A DNA stretch of 64,000 nt. It comes from Lactococcus sp. Its GTDB lineage: Bacteria; Bacillota; Bacilli; Lactobacillales; Streptococcaceae. The notes under the pieces are model-generated. The model saw only the letters and a program-made list of their open reading frames with translations, was not told the DNA's origin and did no database searches. The DNA lies in contig CP181259.1 of assembly GCA_047833645.1 (NCBI GenBank), positions 1,496,586 to 1,560,585 of the forward strand, given 5' to 3'. Positions 21,811 through 31,319 of this stretch are shown here, one piece after another. Positions within the stretch are counted from its first letter, which is position 1. Each line of letters begins with the position of its first letter. A program made the position numbers and the translations under genes.

Positions 21811-23166
21811 ATGACCACTCAAGAAAATGTGCTAAAAATCTTACATTTGAATGATTTGCACTCTCATTTTGAAAATTATCCGAAAATCAAACGCTTTTTT
21901 ACGGACAAATCGGCGGGGTTTTCGGATGTTTTGCGGTTTGACATCGGGGATAATGTTGATCGCTCGCATGCGCTGAGTGAGGCCACGCTAGGTCAGGCCA
22001 ATGTTGCCTTGATGAACGCCCTAGACTTGACGGCGGCGACGATTGGTAACAATGAAGGCCTAGGTCTGCCCAAAGAAAAGTTAGACAGGCTTTATGATAC
22101 TGCCAACTTTGACATCATCTTGGCGAATCTCAAAGATCAAGGGACGCAGCCGACTTGGGCAGTTGAGAAAAAACGGGTCACGACCTCCTTTGGCATGACC
22201 ATCGACATCTTCGGGCTGACGGCGCCCTATCCCCTAGCCTATCCCCCGATGGGCTGGGATATCTTAGAGCCTGAGTCTGTTTTAGCTCAGCAGTTGCTCG
22301 CATCAGATGCTGACTTTACGATTCTCCTCAGCCATTTAGGCTGGCGCTTTGACGAGAAAGCCGCCATGACCTTCGACAACCTCAATCTGATCTTAGGCGC
22401 GCATACCCATCATTTGTATGAATATGGTAAATATATCAATGATACGATGCTTGCGGCCGCGGGCCGCTATGGGGAATACGTGGGTGAGGTGACGCTGAGA
22501 TTCGATGACGACTTTCAGTGTATCCAGTCTGAGATACTGGCTGAGGATGTGCGGCATTTGCCAGCCTTGCCAGGCGATAAGGAGTGGATTCAGCATCAAG
22601 CCGATCAAGGGCATGAGCTACTCCGGGCCTGTCAAGTCGCAGAACTCGCTCATCCGTTTGCCAATCGGTTGCCGGACTATGCGGCGACGCAGTTTGTTGC
22701 AGGTGTCATGGGCGCCTATTATCAAGTGCCGGCGGTCGTCCTCAATAGCGGGATGATTGTTGAAGCGATTCCGCAGCAGCTGACCTTGGATGACTTGCAT
22801 GAGATTCTGCCGCACAGTATTCGCATGGTTAAATTGACGGTGACGGGGACAGAGCTTGCGGCCATTCTGCGAGAATTATATGATGTCGGCAATTATCTGA
22901 AAACGCAGCGCATCGTCGGGATGGGCTTTCGTGGCAAGCAGTTTGGCGACATCGTGACATTAGGCCTTGAGGAGCAAGAGGATCAGCTCCTTTATCAAGA
23001 AAGGCCTGTCGTCGCGACTCAGACCTATCTTGTCTTGATACCCGACCAGTATTTGTTTGCCTCCTATTTTCCGATTCTGAAAAGTTCAGGGAGCGCAGAG
23101 ATTCAATTCCCAAGATTCATGCGAGAAATTGTGGGAGATGATTTAGCACATCGTGACAACGGATAA
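21811..23166 (+). CDS. Bifunctional metallophosphatase/5'-nucleotidase (YunD-like)
   Basis: LHLNDLHSH, DIGD, IGNNE, LSHLG and GAHTHH motifs. Confidence 0.9.
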   Translation: MTTQENVLKILHLNDLHSHFENYPKIKRFFTDKSAGFSDVLRFDIGDNVDRSHALSEATLGQANVALMNALDLTAATIGNNEGLGLPKEKLDRLYDTANFDIILANLKDQGTQPTWAVEKKRVTTSFGMTIDIFGLTAPYPLAYPPMGWDILEPESVLAQQLLASDADFTILLSHLGWRFDEKAAMTFDNLNLILGAHTHHLYEYGKYINDTMLAAAGRYGEYVGEVTLRFDDDFQCIQSEILAEDVRHLPALPGDKEWIQHQADQGHELLRACQVAELAHPFANRLPDYAATQFVAGVMGAYYQVPAVVLNSGMIVEAIPQQLTLDDLHEILPHSIRMVKLTVTGTELAAILRELYDVGNYLKTQRIVGMGFRGKQFGDIVTLGLEEQEDQLLYQERPVVATQTYLVLIPDQYLFASYFPILKSSGSAEIQFPRFMREIVGDDLAHRDNG

Positions 23167-23202
23167 ACGCACAGGCACCCAAACTCAAAAGAAAGAAATA
23201 GT

Positions 23203-23928
23203 ATGGCAAAAGTAATTCCAGAAGAAGAAAAAAATTATAATAAATTCCCAGGTGAGCATGTCATTGTGCTGGATGATGTCGTCACGATCGGTGATAAGGT
23301 CTTTCACCTGATTCACAACCATCGCGATGGCTTTAATCAAGAGAAACTCGAGCAACGTTATTCTGATATTTTCGCGAAATACGACTACCTTGTCGGAGAT
23401 TGGGGTCATGAGCAATTACGGTTGAAAGGCTTTTTTTCAAGCTCTCGTAAGAAGATGCCAGATGAGCTGAAGATTTCGCATCTGGAAGATTATATCAAGG
23501 AATATATGAATTTCGGTGCAGCCTTTTTCGTTTTGAAACGGATGCGCAGTAAGGATATCAAGCGTGACGAGGCCTTTGTCGATGAGAAAGTCTACGAAGT
23601 GAAAACGCCAGTTGCAGGGGCTAGAAGTCCGAGAAGAGATGTCAAACGAGACGCCCGAAAAGATGTCAAAAAAGATGCTCGAAAAGACGTCAAACGAGAT
23701 TCTAAAAAAGACCTGACGAAAGACGCTCAACCAGCCAAGCAACAGCCAGGGACGCGCGAGCAGTCTAACTTCTCTAGAAAGCGCCAACCTAACAAGACAA
23801 CTTTTGTCCAAAAAGAAAAAGCAGCCAAACCACAAGCGCCGATTATTAAAACTGACACCGTGTCAACACCGTGTCAGACAGAAGGTAGCAAACGCCCAGC
23901 TTTCGTTGTAAGAACTCGAAAAAAATGA
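23203..23928 (+). CDS. YutD family protein with a repetitive basic C-terminal tail
   Basis: KYDYLVGDWGHEQLRLKGFF and YIKEYMNFGAAFFVL motifs; (KK/KR)D(A/V) repeats. Confidence 0.88.
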   Translation: MAKVIPEEEKNYNKFPGEHVIVLDDVVTIGDKVFHLIHNHRDGFNQEKLEQRYSDIFAKYDYLVGDWGHEQLRLKGFFSSSRKKMPDELKISHLEDYIKEYMNFGAAFFVLKRMRSKDIKRDEAFVDEKVYEVKTPVAGARSPRRDVKRDARKDVKKDARKDVKRDSKKDLTKDAQPAKQQPGTREQSNFSRKRQPNKTTFVQKEKAAKPQAPIIKTDTVSTPCQTEGSKRPAFVVRTRKK

Positions 23929-24067
23929 GTGCAGACAGTTGGGCATTTGATACCCTTGCTAGTTTAAGGTCATCAAGCTGATTCTTTGACACACCGAAAC
24001 CAATGTTATAAAATGAAGGTATCACTAGATATTATAATTTTTTACATTATTTAAGGAGGAAATGATT

Positions 24068-24310
24068 ATGGGTTGGATTTGGTCTCTTATTATTGGTGCG
24101 CTCATCGGTATGATTGCGGGTGGTATCACGAAAAAAGGTGAGTCAATGGGCTGGATTGCGAATATCGTCGCTGGTCTCGTTGGGTCTAGTATCGGTCAAG
24201 CACTCTTTGGTCATTGGGGTCCTAGCCTAGCTGGGATGGCTTTGATCCCTTCAGTGCTTGGTGCGGTTATCCTCGTCGCTGTCGTGTCATTCTTCATCGG
24301 AAAGAAATAA
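24068..24310 (+). CDS. GlsB/YeaQ/YmgE family stress-response membrane protein
   Basis: MGWIWSLIIGALIGMIAG...NIVAGLVGS...SVLGAVILV. Confidence 0.92.
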   Translation: MGWIWSLIIGALIGMIAGGITKKGESMGWIANIVAGLVGSSIGQALFGHWGPSLAGMALIPSVLGAVILVAVVSFFIGKK

Positions 24311-24490
24311 ACAGCGTTTAAAACAAACAGTATGTCAGCTGGGAAACTCATTCTCAAGTTGCCATACTGTTTTTGCTTTTGTTTTGTTTCATTCGCCATC
24401 AAGCCGTTTTGGTCCTAGATTGAATTGCCATAAACAGAAAACTAACCAAGAAATTACCCAAGCGGTCAAAAAATTATAACTTGACGACAC

Positions 24491-24529
24491 AATAAAGTCT
24501 ATCAGCAAGAAAAACTGATAGACTTTATT
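24491..24529. terminator. Perfect 15-bp inverted repeat (bidirectional terminator)
   Basis: AATAAAGTCTATCAG...CTGATAGACTTTATT. Confidence 0.6.
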
Positions 24530-24751
24530 GTATCTGGAATAAAAGAGGGGGGTCACAGGCTAGACTAGAGAGATAAGACAGACGATGTTTCAAATCGGCC
24601 TAGCTTTAAATAGGCATTGCTTTTTGATAACTGATCACTAATGAAGCAACCGCTCGTCAGATAGGATTGACCATCAAAATTTTTTGGCCTATTTAGCTTT
24701 GTTGATTTGAAAAAAACTTGATAGCGTGATAAAAGTCTATTATCTGATAGA

Positions 24752-25363
24752 CTAAAATGTAAGTGTCCAAACCCAAGTATCATGCGTTAGAAAAGCAATC
24801 AGGATATAGCTGCCGATGATCATTGCACTAGGAATGAGTAATTTTACCCAAACTTTCCATTGACTTTGTTTGAAAAAGATCAAGACTTTTCGATTGTTTG
24901 ATAGTAATTGAAGGAAGAGCCCAATTAATAAAAAATTAAACAAAGTGACGATGAGCATATAGGCAATCGAAATTTTAAAAATATGAAGCGGAGAAAATAT
25001 GGTATTGATTATCACAGGTACTAAAATCATCAGGATAAATATAGCAGGAAGTTTCATCATAAAAATGAGTCGCTTGATAAAAGATTCTTTTGGCGTTTCA
25101 GCAAAAATGTCATCTGAAAGTTGATAAATGTCTTGTCCAAGGTAGGTTTTGGCATCGATACCCGCATGCTGGGCGTCAATTAAATCTAAGAGGATGCTGC
25201 AGAGGGTCTCTTCGTAGACCGTTTCATCTTGGAAAAAAGCCTTCGTTCGAACGAGAACAAGTAGATCTTCATAATATGCTTTATTTTCGGGTGAAAGTTG
25301 TTCACGTAATGTATTGTTTTCTTGAATGAGGCTAGCAACGCTATTTTTAGTTGTGTTCATCAT
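24752..25363 (-). CDS. DUF1129-like membrane protein
   Basis: NNTLREQLSPENKAYYEDLL...DAQ..G N-terminus plus three TM segments; downstream of PadR. Confidence 0.65.
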   Translation of the reverse strand: MMNTTKNSVASLIQENNTLREQLSPENKAYYEDLLVLVRTKAFFQDETVYEETLCSILLDLIDAQHAGIDAKTYLGQDIYQLSDDIFAETPKESFIKRLIFMMKLPAIFILMILVPVIINTIFSPLHIFKISIAYMLIVTLFNFLLIGLFLQLLSNNRKVLIFFKQSQWKVWVKLLIPSAMIIGSYILIAFLTHDTWVWTLTF

Positions 25364-25691
25364 TTCCTGTCTCCTTTATGAGGTTTGCCATTGCGCTAAT
25401 CAGCTCAGACCAATCAATTAAAAATGCTTGCAATCGCAGTTTGCCTTCTTCTGTAAGTGTTAAATATTTTCGTTTAGGACCATCAGAAGATTTGGACATT
25501 TTGCAACTGATGTAGCCTTCGCGTTCCAATTTCTGTAGGATTGGATAAATGGTTCCTGCCGCTATGGATAGAAAACCCATTGCTTCAAGTTTCGTTGCGA
25601 TTTCGTAGCCATAAGTCTCGCCATTTGAAATCACAAGTAACAAGGCACCGTCTAAAGTTCCTTTGAGTAATTGTGAGTTAACTGTCACCAT
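25347..25691 (-). CDS. PadR family transcriptional regulator
   Basis: QLLKGTLD, YGYEI, GTIYPIL and GPKRKY..LTEEG motifs. Confidence 0.95.
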   Translation of the reverse strand: MVTVNSQLLKGTLDGALLLVISNGETYGYEIATKLEAMGFLSIAAGTIYPILQKLEREGYISCKMSKSSDGPKRKYLTLTEEGKLRLQAFLIDWSELISAMANLIKETGNDEHN

Positions 25692-26154
25692 CTCTTTCTC
25701 TCTTTCGTTTGCTCTACTATATAATATATACTAGTGATAAAGTTAGTATAACATCACTACTTGATATTGTCAACTAGTGATGTCTTTAAAATAAACAAAA
25801 ATAGTTAAGGCGGTAGGCGTGATGATGCCGTGCTTAATTTGGGCTATCATTGCGTTGAAACAGCTGCCCCTTTGGGGTAGAGCGCCCAATTGAAACGTTG
25901 CTTGAAGAAACAAGGCTGTCTTATTAAGTAAGGCGACATTGGTACGTATAGGGCCTAGTGGTGAAAAGCCCACCATTCAAGTTTGGAAGGAGGTGGCTGA
26001 AAAAATAGATTTGTAAGACCGACCTAAACCTAGGGTTAGCTAGGGAGAACAAAGGCTGATTTAGGGGGAAACCAATAGACTACGAACCTTATCAACTCGG
26101 GTTTGAGCGCAAAATGGCGACCATAGGAGAATAGTTTTATGCTATACTAGTAGC

Positions 26155-27306
26155 ATGACTAAAACTATTCAAACTGACATGATAAAACCCTCTATCTATG
26201 ACTTGACGCGTGACCAACTGATCACTTGGGCCCTTGAACATGGGGCTAAAAAATTTCGTGCGACACAAATTTGGGACTGGCTTTACAAAAAACGGGTCCA
26301 ATCTTTTGAGGAGATGACCAATATTGCCAAGGATTTTATCGAAATCCTCAAAGACAACTTTGTCCTCAATCCTTTGAAACAACGTCTGGTCCAGGAAGCT
26401 AAAGATGGCACGGTTAAATACCTCTTTGAACTGCCTGATGGCATGCTCGTTGAGACCGTGCTCATGCGCCAACGTTATGGTTTGTCTGTCTGTGTCACGA
26501 CTCAGGTCGGCTGTAATATCGGCTGTACTTTTTGTGCCTCAGGGCTTATTAAAAAACAACGTGACTTGACGGCAGGCGAAATTATCGCGCAAATCATGCT
26601 CGTCCAAAAATACTTTGACGAACGTGGCTTAGAAGAACGCGTCAGTCACGTGGTCGTCATGGGGATTGGTGAGCCCTTTGATAATTATGACAATGTCATC
26701 AACTTTATCAAAACGATTAATGATGACAATGGTCTTGCCATTGGTGCGCGTCATATTACGGTTTCAACGTCTGGCTTGGCGCCTAAAATCCGTGAGTTTG
26801 CGGAGACAGGCCTTCAAATTAACTTGGCCATCTCCCTTCATGCCCCGAATAATGACGTTAGAACAAGCATTATGCGGATTAACCGTCAGTTCCCGATTGA
26901 AAAATTATTTGAAGCCATTGACTACTATATCGAAGTGACCAACCGTCGCGTGACCTTCGAGTATATCATGCTTAGTGGCGTCAATGATCGGCCAGAACAT
27001 GCGCGTGAACTGGTTGCACTCTTGAAAGATAAGAAGAAATTGGTCTATGTCAACCTGATTCCTTATAATCCAGTCAGCGAACATGACCAATACAGTCGCT
27101 CTTCAAAAGATGACGTCCTCAAATTTTATGATATACTTAAAAAAGGCGGCATTAACTGTGTCATTCGTCAAGAACACGGCACGGATATTGATGCAGCCTG
27201 TGGTCAACTTCGCAGTAAGACCATGAAAGCAGACAAGAAAACACAACCAGACACGAAAGCGTTTGATGCGGTCACGGTTGGGTTTGAGACGAAGATTCAG
27301 TCATGA
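26155..27306 (+). CDS. rlmN: Dual-specificity RNA methyltransferase RlmN
   Basis: [18 protein letters not shown] radical-SAM motif; MGIGEP; DIDAACGQL. Confidence 0.97.
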   Translation: MTKTIQTDMIKPSIYDLTRDQLITWALEHGAKKFRATQIWDWLYKKRVQSFEEMTNIAKDFIEILKDNFVLNPLKQRLVQEAKDGTVKYLFELPDGMLVETVLMRQRYGLSVCVTTQVGCNIGCTFCASGLIKKQRDLTAGEIIAQIMLVQKYFDERGLEERVSHVVVMGIGEPFDNYDNVINFIKTINDDNGLAIGARHITVSTSGLAPKIREFAETGLQINLAISLHAPNNDVRTSIMRINRQFPIEKLFEAIDYYIEVTNRRVTFEYIMLSGVNDRPEHARELVALLKDKKKLVYVNLIPYNPVSEHDQYSRSSKDDVLKFYDILKKGGINCVIRQEHGTDIDAACGQLRSKTMKADKKTQPDTKAFDAVTVGFETKIQS

Positions 27307-27322
27307 AAATGGAGGCAGAAAA

Positions 27323-27511
27323 TTGAAAAATTATTTGAAAAAATTCTACCGTAGCTTTTCGATGCTCGCGATGATTTGGGTGGTTGTGACGGCTGTTACA
27401 GGTCGGTATATCTCACGCTATTCAGCTCTCGGTGTCATTGTTGCAGCTTTAATTGTTGCGGCGATGCCAGAAGACTGGTTTGACAAAATCGCGCATCTCA
27501 TCCAAAAATAA
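27323..27511 (+). CDS. Small membrane protein, about 62 aa
   Basis: GGAGG RBS, TTG start at 27323, two hydrophobic segments. Confidence 0.55.
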   Translation: MKNYLKKFYRSFSMLAMIWVVVTAVTGRYISRYSALGVIVAALIVAAMPEDWFDKIAHLIQK

Positions 27512-27559
27512 GCAAGAAACGTCAGACGCTTATCTGGCGTTTTATGATACAATGAAACT

Positions 27560-28066
27560 ATGAAATTGTTTGACCAACAAGCCAATCTCCAAGCCCCATT
27601 TCAAAAAATGGTAAAAGGACTGGCGATAGGCTACACGATTGCTATCTGTCTGATGTGTTTTCTACCTCAGAGTATCTATCCGACCTTGAAAAGTGTGGCA
27701 ACACCAGGGGTGCAGCACTTCGGTCGGATTACAGCGATTCTGACCCCGTTTAATACCTTGGTCCATTTTGGAAAAATCCCGAACCTGGTTGATCTGTTTT
27801 TTATCATTCTCCAAAATGTCGCCAATATTTTTCTGCTATTTCCTCTGGTTTTCGCACTCTGTTTGCTGAAACCAAGTCTCAGACAGTTTAGAAAAGTGCT
27901 GGTCATCAGTTTTCTGATGAGCCTCACCATTGAAAGCACACAAGCCGTCTTGGATTTGCTATTCGATTTTAATCGCGTATTTGAAGTAGATGATTTAATC
28001 ACCAACACCTTGGGTGGCGTGCTTGCTTACCTACTCTATCAACTTGTAAGGAGAGTTACAACCTAA
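27560..28066 (+). CDS. VanZ family membrane protein
   Basis: NIFLLFPL, SLTIESTQ and RVFEVDDLITNTLGG motifs. Confidence 0.9.
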   Translation: MKLFDQQANLQAPFQKMVKGLAIGYTIAICLMCFLPQSIYPTLKSVATPGVQHFGRITAILTPFNTLVHFGKIPNLVDLFFIILQNVANIFLLFPLVFALCLLKPSLRQFRKVLVISFLMSLTIESTQAVLDLLFDFNRVFEVDDLITNTLGGVLAYLLYQLVRRVTT

Positions 28067-28674
28067 TGGAATTTTCAAAATTGAATCAAAACCGTCACAA
28101 GGTCACACAGTTTGACGGTCGTAAAGTCACAGTCGATGAAGTCAAAGCGATTTTAGCTGAGGCCATTCTCGCGCCCTCAGCCCACAACATCCAGCCTTGG
28201 CATTTTGTGATTGTCGATTCGCAAGAGATGCGCTTGACCCTATCCACCGCCATGCACGGCAAAAATGCCGTCCAAAACGAAGCGGCGGGTGCGACATTAG
28301 TCGTCTTTTCAGACACAGACCTACCTGAGCGTGTTCGGGACATGGTTGAAATCGGCGCTGATTTCTTGCCGGTCGATCACCAAGCCGACTTGCTGATGAA
28401 ATTGCCAGGCATGTTCGAGAAATTTACGGCAGAGCAACTAGGGGAATATCTGGCGCTCAACATCGGCCTCGTCTCTCAAAACATCGTCCTTGCGGCCAAC
28501 AACAAGGGCTTGAAAACTAACCTAATTCTTGGGTTCGACAAGGCCAAAGCCAAAACAGTTTTGGCGATTGAGGACCGATTCCAGCCAGAACTTATCATCA
28601 CCATGGGTTATTCCGACGACCAAGGCACCGCCTCATACCGCCTGCCCGTCGACGACATCACCGACGTTTTGTAA
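28066..28674 (+). CDS. Nitroreductase family protein
   Basis: APSAHNIQPWHFVIV motif; ITMGY. Confidence 0.92.
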   Translation: MEFSKLNQNRHKVTQFDGRKVTVDEVKAILAEAILAPSAHNIQPWHFVIVDSQEMRLTLSTAMHGKNAVQNEAAGATLVVFSDTDLPERVRDMVEIGADFLPVDHQADLLMKLPGMFEKFTAEQLGEYLALNIGLVSQNIVLAANNKGLKTNLILGFDKAKAKTVLAIEDRFQPELIITMGYSDDQGTASYRLPVDDITDVL

Positions 28675-28739
28675 AATCGCATTTTCTTGGTGCCATGTTA
28701 GTGACATCAAGCAGCAGTTGAAGTTTGAAGGGAGTTAAG

Positions 28740-29186
28740 ATGACCTATACATTTGAAAACAGTTCACCGGAAGTCATTTTTGATTATCTGCGCAAGGCGA
28801 AAACGGTCGCCGTCGTTGGCCTGTCAAATCGACCAGAAACCTCGAGTTTTATGGTCACGCAAGCCCTACAAGCTGACGGTTATCGCATTTTTCCAGTCAA
28901 TCCACGGCTTGCCGGTCAGGAAATTCTGGGTGAAACAGTTTATGCCAGACTGCAAGAGATTCCGGAACACATTGACATCGTGGATGTCTTCCGTCGCTCA
29001 GAATTTTTACCTGACGTGGCGCGTGACTTTATCGAAACAGACGCCGATGTTTTCTGGGCCCAACAAGGCTTGGAAAATCAAGAAGCGGAGCAGATATTGC
29101 GTGATCAAGGTCGCAACCAAATCGTCATGGACCGTTGCATCAAAGTCGAGTACGCCTACAGCGGCTTGAGACAAGAAAAAGCCTAA
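28740..29186 (+). CDS. CoA-binding protein (YccU/YneT-like)
   Basis: VAVVGLS, PVNP, DIVDVFRR, WAQQG and MDRCIKVE motifs. Confidence 0.92.
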   Translation: MTYTFENSSPEVIFDYLRKAKTVAVVGLSNRPETSSFMVTQALQADGYRIFPVNPRLAGQEILGETVYARLQEIPEHIDIVDVFRRSEFLPDVARDFIETDADVFWAQQGLENQEAEQILRDQGRNQIVMDRCIKVEYAYSGLRQEKA

Positions 29187-29216
29187 GAAAAAAAGCCCGC
29201 GGGCTTTTTATTTGAC

Positions 29217-29624
29217 TTAAAAACTACCGAGATAGAAGGCAACCGTGTCCCCTTTTTTCAGATGAATATCCGCAGCGCCCTTATCGGCCATCTTACCGTT
29301 GACATCGAATAGCCAGTACTTGTTAGCCGCTTGATCCTGAGATTTGCCATCAATCGACGTAATAAAGCCACTTTTTTCTTCAATCTTAAAATTCTCTTTA
29401 AGGGCATCAAGTAAAGTTTGATCTTTAATAATCGTAATTTTTTTCGTTTCATCGACTTTTTTGTCATTTTCAAAATCGAGCGTAATGGTTGCAGTATCTT
29501 GAGAAACGGCGGGCTTCTTGGGTGCTTCGGCTTGTTTGCCACAGGCCGCTAAAGAAACAGCAAAGCCAGTCGCCACTAAAACCGTCACGGTTTTCTTAAA
29601 AGTTAAAGTTGTCATAATAGTCAA
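29217..29624 (-). CDS. DUF4430 domain lipoprotein
   Basis: Lipobox LAAC; GFITSIDG..Q and YWLFDVNGKMADKGA motifs. Confidence 0.85.
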   Translation of the reverse strand: MTIMTTLTFKKTVTVLVATGFAVSLAACGKQAEAPKKPAVSQDTATITLDFENDKKVDETKKITIIKDQTLLDALKENFKIEEKSGFITSIDGKSQDQAANKYWLFDVNGKMADKGAADIHLKKGDTVAFYLGSF

Positions 29625-29751
29625 ATCTCCTTATTTTATATTGTACTATGAATGATGGAGATGGCAAAATAAATTGTTTTGTAGGTGTGTTATAGGAAGG
29701 GGCTATAATAGCACGTCTTTGATTTTCTGGCAGGATAAATTGGGCACTTGT

Positions 29752-29886
29752 TTCGAATTAAGTTGAAACAAGTGTGTAAAGCGACAATTCATTCGAAATA
29801 ATTCGAATAAAGCAAATAAAATTTATTTACTTTCGAGTTAATTTGATTTATGATAGAGATGTAAGATAAAAATCGAATTAATTTGA
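29752..29886. repeat. Four 15-bp palindromic repeats at an exact 40-bp period
   Basis: TTCGAATTAAGTTGA (29752), TTCGAAATAATTCGA (29792), TTCGAGTTAATTTGA (29832), ATCGAATTAATTTGA (29872); 25-nt unrelated spacers. Confidence 0.85.
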
Positions 29887-29897
29887 AAGAGGTTATC

Positions 29898-31088
29898 ATG
29901 ATAAGAAGAGATACCTATCTATCTGATTTAGAACGTTTAAAAGACAAACGATTTATCAAAGTTTTGACAGGCGTGCGACGGAGCGGGAAATCAACGCTTT
30001 TAGCCTTATTTCAAGAACAGCTAATCACCAATCAGGTTAGTCAAACGCAAATTCAATCCTATAATTTTGAAGATTTGGCACTAGCTGATTATCTGGACTA
30101 TCGAAAGCTGTATGAAAAAATTACGGATAACTTGCAAGCAGATCAGATGAACTATATTTTCTTGGATGAGATCCAGATGGTACCTGAGTTTGAGCGCGTA
30201 TTAGATAGCTTATTTATCAAAGAAAATGTTGATCTATACGTGACAGGTTCTAACGCTTACATGCTATCAGGTGAACTTGCAACCCTGCTTTCTGGACGTT
30301 ACGTCGAGTTGAAAGTTTATCCCTTATCTTTTGCGGAATTTTTCAGCGCGATGAGCGGCGATAAAACGACCGCATTTCAACGTTATCTGGAATTTGGTGG
30401 CTTTCCTTATGTGACGGAAATTCCAGATGAGTTGACCTATCGAGATTACATTTCAGGTATCGTCAATACTGTCTTGATCAAGGATATTTTGCAGAGAAAA
30501 CAGCGCAGTGATGCAACATTGGTTGAACAATTAGCCAAATATTTGACGGATAGTTCAGGTAGTCTAGTGACGATAAAGAAAATAGCAGATACCCTGACAT
30601 CAATGGGACAAAAGACGACAAGTGACACCGTTTCAACATATTTGTCTGGCTTTCAAGAAGCCTATCTCTTTTTTAGAGCAGACCGCTATGATATCGCGGG
30701 TAAAAAATACCTGTCGATCAATTCAAAATATTATCCTGTCGACCAGTCTCTGAGAAAAGTTCTTTTGGGTAATAAACGCCCGAATTTTGGTCATCGTTTG
30801 GAAGGTGTTGTTTATCTGGAATTATTGCGCAGAGGCTATCACGTCTTTATTGGCAATATAGGAGAATTTGAGATTGATTTCGTGGCACAAAAAAATGGTG
30901 TCACCGAATATTATCAAGTATCACTTACTGTCGAAGATGATAGGACTTATCAGAGAGAAGTTCGTCCCTTTCAAAGTATTCAAGACAACTACCGAAAGAT
31001 TTTATTAACCATGGACAATGGTTCTTACAATCAAGAAGGGATAGAACAACTCAATATCGTAGAGTGGTTATTAAGCACACAGGATTAA
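29898..31088 (+). CDS. AAA+ ATPase (AAA_14) with C-terminal DUF4143 domain
   Basis: GVRRSGKST Walker A; IFLDEIQ Walker B; TGSN; LSGRY; EIDFV nuclease-like motif; start ATG 29898. Confidence 0.9.
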   Translation: MIRRDTYLSDLERLKDKRFIKVLTGVRRSGKSTLLALFQEQLITNQVSQTQIQSYNFEDLALADYLDYRKLYEKITDNLQADQMNYIFLDEIQMVPEFERVLDSLFIKENVDLYVTGSNAYMLSGELATLLSGRYVELKVYPLSFAEFFSAMSGDKTTAFQRYLEFGGFPYVTEIPDELTYRDYISGIVNTVLIKDILQRKQRSDATLVEQLAKYLTDSSGSLVTIKKIADTLTSMGQKTTSDTVSTYLSGFQEAYLFFRADRYDIAGKKYLSINSKYYPVDQSLRKVLLGNKRPNFGHRLEGVVYLELLRRGYHVFIGNIGEFEIDFVAQKNGVTEYYQVSLTVEDDRTYQREVRPFQSIQDNYRKILLTMDNGSYNQEGIEQLNIVEWLLSTQD

Positions 31089-31319
31089 AATAAAGGAAAT
31101 CAAAAGGTATTGTTAGAATTCCTTGAGAATTACTGGCAAGCTAGTCATCGTGGCTGAGCTGTGGCCCAAAAGTCGCATTGCGCGAGAATGATTTGACACC
31201 TATAATCCGAAACGAAAAGAACGCCACGGAAAAGAGACAACTAAGAAAAACTAAAGCAATAGTTCATTTTCTGTTATAATAGACTTATCACAAATTCAAG
31301 AAATCAAGAAAGAAGTGCA

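Noticed and set aside
25770-25976. 68-aa minus-strand ORF upstream of padR
   Set aside because: No RBS and no recognisable motif; probably spurious or decayed
29752-29886. Calling the 40-bp periodic repeats a CRISPR array
   Set aside because: Repeats are only 15 bp and degenerate, they overlap promoter and RBS, and no cas genes are present; kept as a probable operator array
31089-31185. In-frame continuation after the AAA gene stop (NKGNQKVLLEFLENYWQASHRG) as readthrough or a remnant
   Set aside because: 22 codons without a recognisable motif; compatible with chance
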